The position numbers and the translations under genes were made by a program. From positions 43,834,001 through 43,898,000 of the forward strand of contig NC_045138.2 of NCBI RefSeq assembly GCF_008831285.2: a DNA stretch of 64,000 nucleotides. Direction: 5' to 3'. This document shows positions 52,101 through 64,000 of this stretch, one piece after another; position 1 is the stretch's first letter, and the number at the start of each line of letters is the position of its first letter. This stretch comes from Nymphaea colorata (lineage: Eukaryota). Below the pieces are notes generated by a model. The model was not told the DNA's origin and ran no database searches. It saw only the letters and a list, made by a program, of their open reading frames with translations.

Positions 52101-52370
52101 GAAACCCCAAAAATTCTATTGGTTACTACTTCCTCTTCTACTTTGTCTTCTGTCTCTGTCACCTCTGCCATTAGAACTGAAGACTCATCCCGGAGCATCT
52201 GGAGAATATGAAAATGATCCGCTGCTGAGGAGAATATGACAACGATCCGCTGCCTTCACTCCAACACCCTGCTAAACTGAAAAACCCAGCAATGCGCAAA
52301 AGGACTTCCTCAAATTAATAAAATTGAAGCCAGCTTAAAGAGAAAAGTTCTGCCAAAACGAGTACCATTT
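46125..52370 (+). mobile_element. Old, heavily mutated Copia element interrupted by a Harbinger insertion
   Basis: CYRCEKPGHIRKNC, TPRQNGVAKRCNRTL, MDVKTTFLNG, YVDD, GYSDADFAG and YCDNQ, with many stops. PPT ccaagtgggaga then TGTTG at 51865. 5' LTR not identified; ends approximate. Confidence 0.85.
48874..51190. mobile_element. PIF/Harbinger (Tourist-like) non-autonomous element, 2317 bp
   Basis: TIRs GGGGGCGTTTG / CAAACGGCCCC with TAA TSD. Removing it rejoins the host pol frame as YIKGTKGLKLSY. Confidence 0.9.
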
Positions 52371-52822
52371 CTCAAAAAAAAAAGAAAAACATGGAAAAGG
52401 TTTGGTCGATTTTTATGCCAATCTAATCAAGAAAGTGACCACCTAAAGTTTGATAGTACATTGATTGGGAAAGGTACTCAAAGATATTTTGAACAATGAC
52501 AATATTTAACAACTGGTTCAGTAGCATGCTTTGCAGCTTTTGTAGAATGTTTTGGATGGTCTTACACTCCTATACATCATTTTTGCTCATGCATCTAATA
52601 GGCGACTTCCTCACCTTTCAAGAAATTAGTCCTGACCTTTCCATCATTTTGAGTTAATGTCAGAGTCAGCACTAATTTTTGATGAACACTTTCCGGCCAA
52701 GTCCCATTGATTGATCATAACGATATCATGGAAATGCTGCACGAAACATGCCGCGTTTTACTAGGAAGGATCGAACCATGGGAACGAATCTACAGGGCTC
52801 TCACCTTCTTTGGCCAGATCTT

Positions 52823-52975
52823 CGAGGGGGTGGATCGAAGTGATTGCTGTGAAGAATTGATCTTAAACGAAGCACTTCGTCTATCGGCATTGTAGAAAGG
52901 ATCAACTATGACCCTAATCGCTCTTCTCGGATTGCTCTAGTACGATTCGAGGGGGTGCTGCTACGCCGAAAGAGG
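52823..52975 (+). pseudogene. rpl2: Nuclear insert of a mitochondrial rpl2 fragment (NUMT)
   Basis: Translates RGGGSK*LL*RIDLKRSTSSIGIVERINYDPNRSSRIALVR-FEGVLLRR, matching the recalled plant mitochondrial Rpl2 N-terminal region. The stops are consistent with CGA>TGA changes. Confidence 0.82.
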
Positions 52976-53299
52976 AGCCACAAAGCACTCGCAAAGATTG
53001 CTCGTGACTTTGAGAGTGCTTTGTGGGCTTTGCTCATGACGTTGGTGTGGATTTAAAAAGCAAGGACGATTCTATCCTAGTATTGACCATCAAAAATTAG
53101 TGTTGACCACATTAACCCAAAATGATGGAAAGGTATTGCATACATGTATAATATGCAAGAAGTGACCACATATTTGCATGTGTCATTGATTTGATCAGGA
53201 CAGTTTTCCTATGAAAAATATGAAAGTAATAAGGGAAAAATAGAAGAAATCAATTTTGTCTCCGTTGCATATGGAAAAACAGGTTCACGTAAAAAAATC

Positions 53300-53677
53300 T
53301 AAGGGTGAGCGTCGGCCCGGGCCACTGTCGGGTACCTGCTACCAAGCCCGGTCAGGCCCGAATCCGGGCCAGGAAAACTGGGTCCCGGGCCGAGCCCGGG
53401 CCAAATGATGCAGCCCGGATTGGCCCGGCCTGATCCGGCTCACTCTCCCTCCCCCTCCCCAGTCCCCCTCCCCAGTCCCCCTCCGTCTCCCGCTGCATTT
53501 CCGCCGGGTGCTCCCCCTCTGTCTCCCTCTCCCCCTCCGGCCCTCCCCCTCCGTCTCCCCTCCCCCGCTCCCCCTCCGTCGCGCGGCCGTCGGGCGTCGG
53601 ATGAACCTCAAACTGGCGGGGCTGGGACCTGGGATATCGGGCTCGGTCTTACCGGCCCGGCCCGATGCCCACCCTTA
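53300..53677. mobile_element. GC-rich hAT-like MITE
   Basis: TAAGGGTGAGCGTCGG...CCGATGCCCACCCTTA TIRs, ggcccg subterminal repeats and A-rich imperfect TSD. Confidence 0.75.
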
Positions 53678-54256
53678 AAAAAAAAAACCTATTTTTTTAT
53701 GTCTCATAGTCGTTTGATCAAACATGTGCAACAAAACATACATGAATCCTTTACCATGATGATACCTTGTCACCTGTTGAAGGCCAATCATGGTCCCATG
53801 CCTAGCTGCCGGCTGAGGATTTTGGATCGTTGAAGGCAGCACTAGTCGATTATTCGAACATACACAGATGGAAGCAACTTCAAATCCTCCAAGTCCCCTT
53901 AACGCATATTGCATTAGACTCCTCTCTAATCTCTCTCTCTATCTCTTTCTCTCTCTCTCTAAGCCCCTTTTATGGTTGCCGACAGCTGACGGATGTCCGG
54001 AATCACATGTTCATGGCAGATGGAATGCAGTTTGTTTCGTTCAAACCCAAGCCAAACACAACAAGGAGAGAGAGAGCAGCGTTCCGCAAGCGGTGTTCCG
54101 TGCTTCACCATGGAACACCCGAAACAGCTGGTCGTTTTATACTTCGTGTTCTCAGTCCTGTCCATTCGAAACGTGAAGGGTCCAACGTTTGTGTTGGGTT
54201 GGCATAAACGGAACCCGTTCATTTCGTTCTGCTGTGTCCCTTGCCAAACGGCCTCT

Positions 54257-55686
54257 TAGGATCTCTCTCTTTGCCGCTCCTAGTACTACAAATGGATGTG
54301 ATCAACTATCTATCTCTCCATTTGCCACTCCTAGTACTATAAAGGAATGTGATCAAGACAATCTGAATCCTGTGTAGCATGGCTATATGTGCCCCATATG
54401 GTCTATAACAAGTTGGAGGTAAGGCCAGAAAAGCCAAATAACTAGGACTAAAACACCATAATTTCATGAAGACGAATAAAAACAGAAAACAGTATGTTAA
54501 CTAAAAGTGGAAAGCTGTCATGATTAATCGTGAAGATTTTGGAAATCACGTATAGTCATATACCAGCATTGAAGAAAAGTATGTTAAATCATGTGAAACA
54601 TGGATATTAATGGAGGTAAGGGTTTCTGAAAACTAAGTAGAAATCTGTCAGGCTTAATACTGGAGGATTTGGGAATTCACATATAGTCATATCCCAGCAT
54701 TGAAGAAAAGTATGTTAAATCATGTGAAACATGGATATTAATGGAGTTATGGGTTTCTGAAAACTAAATATCAGTGTATATCCTAAAAAGTCCATACATA
54801 GTGGTAGATGGACACAAGAGGAATGACTAAGTAGACAAGTTGTTTATAATTTCTAGTCCTTCCTTGATGAAGCTTATGCTACCCATGCATTATTATTTTT
54901 TTAGGTAAGTTTAGAATGTATTCTTCTTTTTTTCCCTCTCATTTCTTTATTCCCTTTGGCCTGACTAAGACCAATTACTCAAGTCTAGGCACTACCAAAG
55001 CCATGACTACGCCATTCTGGGGGTCTGTGATGGTTAGGTGCTGTTGGCTGCTTCTAAAATATGGTTTCTGACATAATAGGTATGTGTAGAATGTAAATAT
55101 AAGCAAAGGACATCAGAAAAAAATATGCTTGATCATGGGAATAAACATCATGGTAACCTCAGTCGTCTTCACACTGGACATTGTTAATAGTAATTACTTT
55201 GTTGCAGGTGTCATAATGGATAAGAATAATGTTATTAATTAATACATTACAAGAAAGAAAGTTTAGATCAAGTTATACATCTAATGTAATTTAGCAGCTT
55301 TTTATTTTGCATGTTCAGTAATTATTTATATACATAAGAAAGGGAGAGTGTGTGTGTTTTTCTTCTCCACCTGGGACATGTTATCTAAACTGGTGCTTGG
55401 TAGAGCATAAAGTAGCCCCATATTGCTTATTGTCTTAGCCCTCATCCGTGTGGGGATATTTACAGGATACATCTGCCAACATGTTTTCTGTTTCTCAAGT
55501 GATGAACCTCAGATACTTCTTACTTCACCGAGGTCAGAAAATATCTTAAATGTTTTTTTTTTTTTAATATCTTGTTCTCCAAATGGTTAGCTGTAGCTGT
55601 CAAATCTTCAACTAGCCTTCATTTAACCGAAGCTTCTTTTCATTCAAAACCTTTAAACTCCAAAGGTTAGCCAGCTGTACACTATG
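54257..55686 (-). repeat. Copy B of the ~1.5-kb inverted dispersed duplication
   Basis: Reverse complement of 12586-14070 with scattered substitutions and indels. Confidence 0.9.
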
Positions 55687-56079
55687 GCGTTACTGAATTT
55701 CTTACTCAGGTAATGGCGAATTTCAGGGCGTTTGCATAACCACGGAACGGCAGAACAGGAACTCTCCCATTCCACAGCATGCATTGCCTAACAAATATGG
55801 CATGCAGGATGAACACTCGAGTGTTCCCATGTCCTGTGGAATGTAGTTTTGGTCCCCCTCCTTTGTGCGGTAAATAGACACCTGCAATCTGTTCATCTGT
55901 TCAGCCGACACGAGGAAGTAACTAAGGCTAAAAACTTTTACCCTCAGCAGCGTTCCAGATTTGACAGTTTTATAATAACGAGTCGAGTCGAGTATAAACA
56001 AGTTGAGTTGCTGAGACTCGAACTCAACTTGTTTATCGTATAAACGAGTCATGCCAAGCCAAGTTTTTTCAAGCAAGTT

Positions 56080-56175
56080 CAAGTCGAGCCCGATTTGACT
56101 TGATGCAGCCCTAGTGATGTTTTTCTGGCAAGTCGAGCCCGATTTGGCTTGATGCAGCCCTAGTGATGTTTTTCT
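56080..56175. repeat. Two-copy 49-bp-period direct repeat at the end of a ctcgag-rich MITE-like remnant
   Basis: caagtcgagcccgatttg(a/g)cttgatgcagccctagtgatgtttttct occurs twice. Confidence 0.75.
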
Positions 56176-58374
56176 AAACAGATATAGGTGTAAGAGCCCT
56201 TGAACCAAAAAAGTGGGGTTAATGTTTTTGGGACTGCAATATTTCGTTGGCAACATGTATGTATATATAATGCCTTCTTTCATCAGCATGTCCCCATTTG
56301 AGACCATATCCAAATACCTTTGTAGATCCTTATCTAGTTCTTAACAGTAAGTTGGCTAATCTATATTTGATAAATGCTTTTATTTGTTCTTTTTTACTTA
56401 TTTGCATTAATTAGTTGCTCATATACAGTTAGTGGTCTCATACCTTATTTTCTGGGAATTTCTCTATTTTGAGTTCTCATTATTTTGCTAATGAGGTCAT
56501 GTCTTAATATCCGAAGTATGGGACGGGGATGTTTATCATTTTGCTGTTGCTATTAGAGAAAAGATACGGTCTCCAAGATTTTTTTTTTCCATTTTGTCTT
56601 GTCATATAAGTCATTAATGTGATAATTGACCAATTATCAATAAAAAAAACAATTATTGTTTGGTATTAAGATTTGATTTATTAGGAAATATTCTTTTGAA
56701 TCTCCAAAATAAGCACCTCAAGGATCTGTAATATTACATGCCATTAATTATTTAAACAGAACACGGCCATAGCAGTGAAAAAAACAACGCAAACCTGTAT
56801 CGGTGATTTGATCATTGGTATAAAGCAAAAAACATCACCGTTGTAGAACTATATAATTAATGAATTCAATAGATACTGAATACGTTTATGGTTGTAAACT
56901 AAAAAAAAAAAACTTAGTGGAACCGCACCTTGCCTCGAATAGCATACTTTTTCCCAAAAGCTTTTATCTTGCATCCTTGTTTCCGCGAACTCGGAGGGTG
57001 GACCTACAGACATGAAAAGCCAGGGTAAAAGTTCGTGGCTCGAACTCGGCTCAAGTCTCAACAGGTTAAACTCGAGCTCGGGTCGGCTTGAGCTTAAGAA
57101 AAAGACTATTTGTTCTTTGTAATATTATTATTGTGCAACACGTCCCACATATTCTCCTGCCACGAACCGAGCCCGGTTAACTCGAAATGATTCGTTCATT
57201 TAAGCGGGTTGATTTTTTTAACATGAGCTCAACTCATTTATTAAACGACTAGTTCGAGTTCGAGTAGAGTTGGCTCCAAGTCCACATATTGAACATCTCT
57301 AGACAAAATGCGTCGCTTGACAAAATTTAGTGTAGTGGGACATCGACCTAACCTGGAGACCAAGAAGGAAAAAAATGACAGAACGGTACATAAATTTCGT
57401 GAACTACAAAAATTCCAGTTTAGAATTACCAAACAGGTAAGCAGAACGATAATAATATAAGGTACCAATAATTTCTCTTGCAGAGTATCTGACAGTACAC
57501 GCTGGTGAACATTAATATATTAGATCAATTTTTTATGCGAAGGATAAATTTTTCAACTAAATCTCGCGGTGGGTCATAGGCTTGTTCTTTCATTGGACCA
57601 CTGAGCCCCAAACCAACGCACCTTATCTTTAATCTGTACCAACGCCACTCCATAAATGAACCGACTGATCCAAATTTGATGGACCAAAGTGAAAAAAAAA
57701 TTGTGTATATCTAAATAATTTCCTTTCCCATTAGGAATGCAAATCCAACCGCAACTTTGACATTATAATTTGATTTAAGGTTTCGTTTGATTCTCCATGG
57801 ATTATTTAAGATTTAAGGTTGCGTTTGATTCTCCATGGATTTCAGATTTGAGGGAATCTCAAATCTGTGATAGCTGAAATCCATGGTTGTATCAAACTGT
57901 GGAATTCAGCTAGTCTAAAAGGTCATGTTTGAATAACCAAATTCATTCAGGTTGCGTTTGATAAAATCCGAGGATGTATAAACTTGTGTGTTTTGGAATG
58001 TCATGAGTTTAACAAGAGTAGCATGAATTTAAAGTTGAATGGAGGGAAAATGCATGCACATGTTGAAGACCATGAATTTAATATCAAATAAAAGGAGGTC
58101 TGACTTTTGTTCTATAGATCTAAGATCCTAAGGTTTCTAATCACCCTAGATCTCAAGTTCGCAGTCAAACAAACACAACATCATGTGTAAACAAAATCCG
58201 AATAATTTGTGTTTGGATCATGACCCTATTGGATGAGAAATGGACCAGAGGACTAAATGGAACTTACTGTTACTGGAGTTCGCGACGTGTTGGAACCACC
58301 AAATTCCGAATCCCGTGGTGTTAGCTTCCATGTCCAAAAGCTCCCTTAGATTCTCTCCGGGGCAAAGGCGCTTG

Positions 58375-58465
58375 CACGTGCTGTCTGTGCTCTCTCTAAC
58401 CCGCCCTCTTTCCTTTGGCACGTGCGACCTCAGCACTGGAGCCGCACTGGAGTGCTTCCCACGTG
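58375..58465 (+). promoter_or_regulatory. Cluster of three G-boxes (CACGTG) upstream of the O-fucosyltransferase gene
   Basis: CACGTG at 58375, 58419 and 58460, 230-320 bp before the ATG. Function is inferred. Confidence 0.5.
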
Positions 58466-58691
58466 CATTAAGCTTGATCGGCCACATTTCTGGTCTGCAC
58501 TGTCGAGGACAGCAGCAGCAGCAGCCCTTGTGAAAAGAAAGAGGAGGAAGGAGAAGAAAGAAAGGAAGAAAGAGATAACATGATGGGGAATCAAGCTGAT
58601 GGATTCTGTTGGGTCTTCTGAGTTCACCGTTTCTGTGGTGTCCTTAGTGTAGTAGTGTGATTGTCCGGATATTTGGCTCCGCCTATGTGAA

Positions 58692-58880
58692 ATGAAAACG
58701 GTTGTGTTCAAGTCCAAGATGAAATGGGCAGCACTACTGGGATTGGTGTTGTCCATATTTTCCCTCGTCTCCCATCTCTTCCTTGCAAGATATACGGGGA
58801 GGTACTTGGTTGAGCACAGGCCTCAGATCACCATCTTCACATGGCGACCCATCTTTGAGACGTCTGATGTTCTCCACACT
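58692..58880 (+). CDS. OFUT27: O-fucosyltransferase-family protein (OFUT27/EDA30-like), exon 1 with N-terminal TM helix
   Basis: VFKSKMKWAALLGLVLSIFSLVSHLFLA...ITIFTWRPIF resembles the recalled Arabidopsis OFUT27/EDA30 N-terminus. GT donor at 58881. Confidence 0.8.
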
Positions 58881-59127
58881 GTAAAACCTCATACCCATCA
58901 TGGATATTGTGCCTTCTCTTTTTTCCGGTCGTTTGTCTTTACTTTTTCTCTTTTTCTTTGTGTAAAGGTTATGGCTTGTCGATTTTGCTTTGTGGGGTTC
59001 CGTCGTTGTTTGCAGCTATCTTTACTCCTTGCCTTATAAATTTCTTCCAGCAATGTTTTTGTTTATTATTATTATTTTAAAATTTTTCCATGTTGGTATG
59101 TTATTTTCGTCGGTCTGACTGAGGCAG

Positions 59128-59212
59128 AACGCCAAGTTTATGAGATTATGGGGTCCTGTGAAGTCTCTTGGATCTCTGATGCCACTTGCAAATCCTAGAG
59201 GAACATACAAAG
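59128..59212 (+). CDS. OFUT27: O-fucosyltransferase-family protein, exon 2; the gene continues beyond the window
   Basis: gcag acceptor, in-frame NAKFMRLWGPVKSLGSLMPLANPRG, and G|GTAAGA donor. Confidence 0.8.
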
Positions 59213-60448
59213 GTAAGAGTTTTCTCGGGTTTCATAATTTCATTAGCACTGCGTCCATGTACATGATTGTGATTTGTGTCTCCCTGCTTCGAATTGTGAT
59301 AGTTGTACCTAGACTCTATAAATGTTTAGAACAGGAAATATCGCCAGGATTCTCTCCCTCCAAGTGAAAGAATGTTTACCTTTTACTTAGTGAGCAAAAT
59401 GATTTCTGATCTTCTGGATTTCATTCTTCTACTAATTCTCTTGAATCTTGTAAAGTTGTAAATTGTTAGTTTGTTTATGCCTTAGATGTGTGGATCCTGT
59501 TCATACACTCGCAATCTAACTGTATTTTGTAGTTAGGATCCTAGAAAAGCTATGAGCGCATTGGCCTATTTAAATTTTTATCTGTTATTTGACCATAAGA
59601 CAGAAAATTATAGCAGACAGACATTGACGATTGATGTCTTTTGAACTCAAGATACTGAAAATTTAGCTATGCAGTATTTTCCTGTACGAAATAGCCCTAT
59701 AATAATTGAAAAGCTCTCTGCTCGAATCCTTCATGGATGATCCTAGAGTTGTCAAACCACTGAGCACTTGAATGGAAAAAAACAGGCTATGAATGTCTAT
59801 GTCATGTAGGTTTGGGTTGCAGGTGTGGTAAGAAACAACAAATTGTTATGTCATCAAGTAATAAAGTTTCAGTTTTGAGTTCATACTTCATTAGCCATAT
59901 TCATCACCCTTTTGTCATTCCATCAATATCTTCCATGTTTTGAATGTGATCACTAAAAATCATCAAAAGGGGGATAGCATGATAATCTAAAACCATGTTA
60001 AGAGTGCACAAGAACCAAATTCTTTGCACGCTGGCTGGTACTTAAAAATATCTGCTTCAATTTCTTTCACAACATGATGTAGTAAGTTGAGATAATATCT
60101 TGCAGCAGGTTTTTGGAGTGTAGGTATTTTTGATCTAGAAAACACCTACAAATCAAGCAATTTTGTTCTTCCTCTTCTGTTGCTAGCACTGTATCTAAAG
60201 ATTCAAATCTTCCAACATTGCATATTTAGAACTAACCTTCTTTTCTTATGTATGGATCTAAATAAAGTCTTTCCATGCGTACTAGTTTGTTTTAGATATG
60301 TCATGATCTCGATTTGGAAGGACATGTCTAGGAGCTCCTGTTAGCCATTTTTAGAATAATATTTTGGATTCATAATGCAAGGGAGTATTACTTTTATCCC
60401 ATTTTTCCACTAATATTCAATGTATATAATAAAACAACAAATAATAGA

Positions 60449-61205
60449 CTATGTAACACGTAAGGAGCAGTACCCATATTGTACCAGTACAATATTGGTA
60501 TGGATACCGGTACGTACTTGGGTATGTCCTGGGTACAACGTTGACACTACTGGGTATGGTCAATGTACCTGAGTATGTATTCGTCAATTTTCAGACTCGG
60601 TCAAAGTTGATCGAGTTCAAAATTGTCCATAGGTTAGGGTTTATTTATTTATTTATTTACTTTAAAGAAAACACAACATCTACGTTTCACCCACAGTGCC
60701 CAGTGGTGCTCACTGCGCCGGCGAATAGTAAGGGCAATTACGGCGACCTCTGTCCATCATTTTCTAGCACGTGTTTGAGTATTCCAGCGAACAGCGACTT
60801 CACTGGCGAAGGACGACGCCTTTGCTGTGGTATTCATTCGTCATCTTCTTTTCCATCGCTTGATTTGGGTTTTTTTTTTCTGTCCAACATTTAAGCTTCT
60901 TCCATCTCCAACAGCCTCACCCGTCGTCCGACAGCCTTTCCCATCGACCGGCGGCAAGTATTTCATCCTCTGTCGACTTCTTTATTTATGCCACTTTCCC
61001 TTTCTTCAATTTGAACTGCTCTGTTTGCGGTTCACACACTGAAAATCAGCCGTTGTCTCCTGATTTGTGTGTTTTTCTGGTCTGCTGGAGATAACCTGAT
61101 TTGTTCGTTTTTCAGTCAACATCGTTGGAGCTGCATCTGTGCACTTATGTGTAGTATCAATAAATCATGATTTATGAATATGTTATTCTGTTTGTTTGAA
61201 TTCTA

Positions 61206-61258
<53 letters not shown>

Positions 61259-61342
61259 GCCGTTCCCCCACACCCAAAGTTTTTGAAAATGGTCTGTACC
61301 CATACCCGCACTCGTACCCATACCCGTACCTATGTGACATAG
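60449..61342. mobile_element. hAT-like non-autonomous element (CTATGT-terminus family) in an intron
   Basis: ctatgtaacac...gtgacatag termini, gtaccc/gggtac subterminal repeats, flanks ATAATAGA / ATAATCAA (6 of 8 match). Confidence 0.6.
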
Positions 61343-62110
61343 ATAATCAAGCGCTTTTTTTTTTTCATGCTTCAAATTTATAAATTGCAATTGCTCAATC
61401 ATATTATCCCACACTTGAATTTTATGAAGCACAGGCTTATCTTTATCAACTTTCCTCAACATATCTCAACTTGGCTTTATGAACTCCAAAAAGTATGCCA
61501 GTCTATCGCCCCCCCCCCCCCCCCCCCCCCCCCCTCAAATAAATTGAAAATGGTGTTTTTAATTGCTTGGATTTTTATTTCATCTTCAAACACAATAAAA
61601 TTTATGACTTTTGTCAGCCACCATGAGGACAATGGATTCTTTACATCTCATTTAAATCTTCAATCCATGAAAATAAGTCATATGCACAAGGATCTTCTTC
61701 TTCCCTTAGTGGATTACGTGTATTCTTGGGTGCTACATTTAAAGTGCGTAAAACTGTGTGGAGTTCAAAAGATATGAGGAAAATTACGTCTCAAATTAAT
61801 GCTGCATTCTGTTACATACAGAAGCAGTATTTGTGATGATGTTTACTGTATTATAAGACCAACTTCTTTGAGCACTTTTACCAATAACCACCTCAAATGT
61901 TCAATCCTTATACTGTATAGACACATCAAGTGCTCTAAGAAACCTGCGCTTTTCACATGCAAAGGCAATAACATTAGCTAGTAGGCACCTTTGAATGCAT
62001 GTCCACCCATCATATACAGTTGATCCATTAGATTGATCCTGCTTAATTTTTTCACAACTAACTACTTACCAACATTATCTTTCTTGTCTTTAAAAATTGA
62101 TGTTCATAGT

Positions 62111-64000
62111 TGTTAAGACGTGTTTATATTCAGTATTAGGCTTGAGAGGGCACTTGTGTAATAATGTTTCTTTTTAATGACTTTCTTGTAACTTATCCCT
62201 CTCCTCTAGTCTATATAAAGAGGAGTTAGGGATTCTTTCGAGGTTAATCAAAGATTAGTTCTCTTAAATTCATCATGGTATCAGAGCACCAGTCGTCTCC
62301 TACTCAGCGAGTTGTCGCCGACTGAGCGGCGCCGGCCGCCGCCTGATCGGCGTCAGCTGCCGCCGCCCGACCCAGCCCTGCCCATTGCCGCCCTGTCCAT
62401 TGCCACCCGACCCATCCCTGCTGCCCCTCGTCGCCCTACCCATTGTCCGCCTGCGCCGCCTCCGCCTGCGCCGCCTCCGCCTGCGCCGCCTGCGCCCGTC
62501 CGCCTGCGTCGCCGCCGCGTGCCGTTGCTCCGCCCAGCAGACTGAACGCCTGCGCCCGTTGCTGCTTCGCCTGTCATCTTCGCCGCCACATCTTCGCCTG
62601 TCATCTTCGCCGCCGCCTCAACGCTGATTTTCCTCTCAGCGTCTTTCCGCTGCATGCTGCTCCGCCGCTGCTCTGCACGCTGCTCCTCCGCTGCACGCTG
62701 CTCCGCCGCTGTTCCGCCGCTGCTCTGCCCGTGGTTCTGCACGCGGATTTTCTTCTCAGCGTCGTCTCTGGTATCTCTCTTCGTTCAGCTCTGCTGTTGC
62801 CTCTTCCCGCCGATCAGACTTCTGGATTGCTACATGCGTTAACTGCATATTGCTTCATGATCAGCATGTTGTCTTTCGATATGTGATTGTATTCTTTTTT
62901 GCCTGCACTTCCTATTCCGTGGCTCGGTTTCCTCCTTTGTGTTGAAAGATGTCTGAAATTACCAGTGGCGCTAATACCTCTTCCTTTGTATCGTCGGGAG
63001 AGATGAAGAGTTCCCCATTTTCCAGCATTATCACCAAAGTGGATGGGGGTAATTACGAGATGTGGGCCATGCAAGTAAAAAGAACCTTGATCGCTCATGA
63101 GAAGGAACATCTCATATTGGAACCCGAGCCCGTACAGAAGGTAGGAAAATATACTACTTGGTTTAAAGATAATTCGTTGGTTATGGTATGGATTGTTGGT
63201 ACTCTCTCTCAAGAAATTGCAAATGAAGTCTTGCACAAGGACAGTGCAAAGGATATGTGGGATTCCCTTGTTGCCACGTATTCACAGGCAAGAAATGAAA
63301 CGCACATTATGCAGCTTCATCATGATATTCATCAGATGCGACAAGATGGCCGACCTCTTCACACTTATTATTCGAGTCTCAAGTCCATGTTTGAGAGACT
63401 GAATAGCTACTTTCCCGCATGCAAGTGTGAACAACAAAAGGCATACAGAGATATGCTTATGGTAGGGGTCTTTCTTTCTGGTTTAGACTCTGTTTATGAA
63501 TCCGCAAAGAACCAAATGCTTACTAGTCCCTCGATTCCTCCTATTGATGAGGCTTACAGTAGGCTCAGCAGAATTCCGATCTCTGCATCGACTGTTCCTG
63601 ATACCACTTCTGCTATGCTTGCTACTCGTGGCAGAGGTGGACCCTTTTTTGCCAGAGGACGAGGGGGCCGTGGCCGTGGCAATACCCCTTCGCGCCCTGT
63701 ATGTCAGTTTTGTCACCGCATTGGTCATACTGTGGATAAGTGTTGGCAGAAACATGGCCGTCCAGCTTTTGCAAATCAGACTGTATCTACTGATTCTCCT
63801 GAGCAGCCTAAGCCTCAGCACACTGCCTCCTCCAGTGAGCTGCATGTAGATGACATTCTCTCTCAGTTGAGGAACTTGCTTGGCGACAGCGCCCATCAAG
63901 CCCCTGGTCCGACCACTTCTACTGTTCCTACCGCTACGAGTGCTTCTTCATCTGGTATGTATTCTGCCTGTACAGTCTGCTCTGCTACTGACACTACAGA
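62111..64000 (+). mobile_element. Ty1/Copia element, 5' part, truncated by the window end
   Basis: Short LTR ending CA at 62275 (start at 62111, or possibly 62101), PBS TGGTATCAGAGC at 62276-62287, GC-rich repetitive leader, then gag. Confidence 0.9.
62949..64000 (+). CDS. Copia Gag, open to the window end
   Basis: MSEITSG...GNYEMW..SAKDMWDSL..FLSGLDSVYE..CQFCHRIGHTVDKC; no stop seen before 64000. Confidence 0.88.
   Translation, partial: MSEITSGANTSSFVSSGEMKSSPFSSIITKVDGGNYEMWAMQVKRTLIAHEKEHLILEPEPVQKVGKYTTWFKDNSLVMVWIVGTLSQEIANEVLHKDSAKDMWDSLVATYSQARNETHIMQLHHDIHQMRQDGRPLHTYYSSLKSMFERLNSYFPACKCEQQKAYRDMLMVGVFLSGLDSVYESAKNQMLTSPSIPPIDEAYSRLSRIPISASTVPDTTSAMLATRGRGGPFFARGRGGRGRGNTPSRPVCQFCHRIGHTVDKCWQKHGRPAFANQTVSTDSPEQPKPQHTASSSELHVDDILSQLRNLLGDSAHQAPGPTTSTVPTATSASSSGMYSACTVCSATDTT

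Noticed and set aside
55723..56313. 196-aa minus-strand ORF
   Set aside because: Runs across a MITE-like remnant and a direct repeat; no recognisable domain.
57775..58180. Tourist-like remnant (ggttgcgtttga repeats)
   Set aside because: Ends too degenerate to delimit.
61799..61981. RSSICDDV resembling the next O-fucosyltransferase exon
   Set aside because: The expected following residues (..SRLLNATLVIP) are absent; likely chance.

Overview
Plant (angiosperm) nuclear DNA, rich in transposable elements, with three host genes on the + strand. (1) The 3' part of a DExH-box RNA helicase gene (DExH1/DHX36-like): 7 exons at 14721-35166, with upstream exons outside the window. Its 15.26-kb GC-AG intron holds a four-level retrotransposon nest: old Gypsy > Gypsy deletion derivative > 3-kb solo LTR > young Copia. 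The three inserted layers each retain their target-site duplication (TSD). (2) An intronless organellar ribosomal protein L7/L12 gene (38700-39275). (3) The first two exons of an O-fucosyltransferase-family gene (from 58692). Mobile DNA includes an intact Copia with identical LTRs (4749-9823), a Copia with non-canonical TG...CT ends (21945-27223), a decayed Copia (39683-44722), a Copia running off the window end, two inverted 3-kb solo LTRs, a PIF/Harbinger element inside an old Copia, several hAT-like MITEs, a mitochondrial rpl2 fragment and a 1.5-kb inverted dispersed duplication. The most notable pattern is a predicted protease-spanning intron in the younger Copia elements that would give a Gag-only product. 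The two pol-damaged elements still keep that product intact. All calls were read by eye; no searches or alignments were run.
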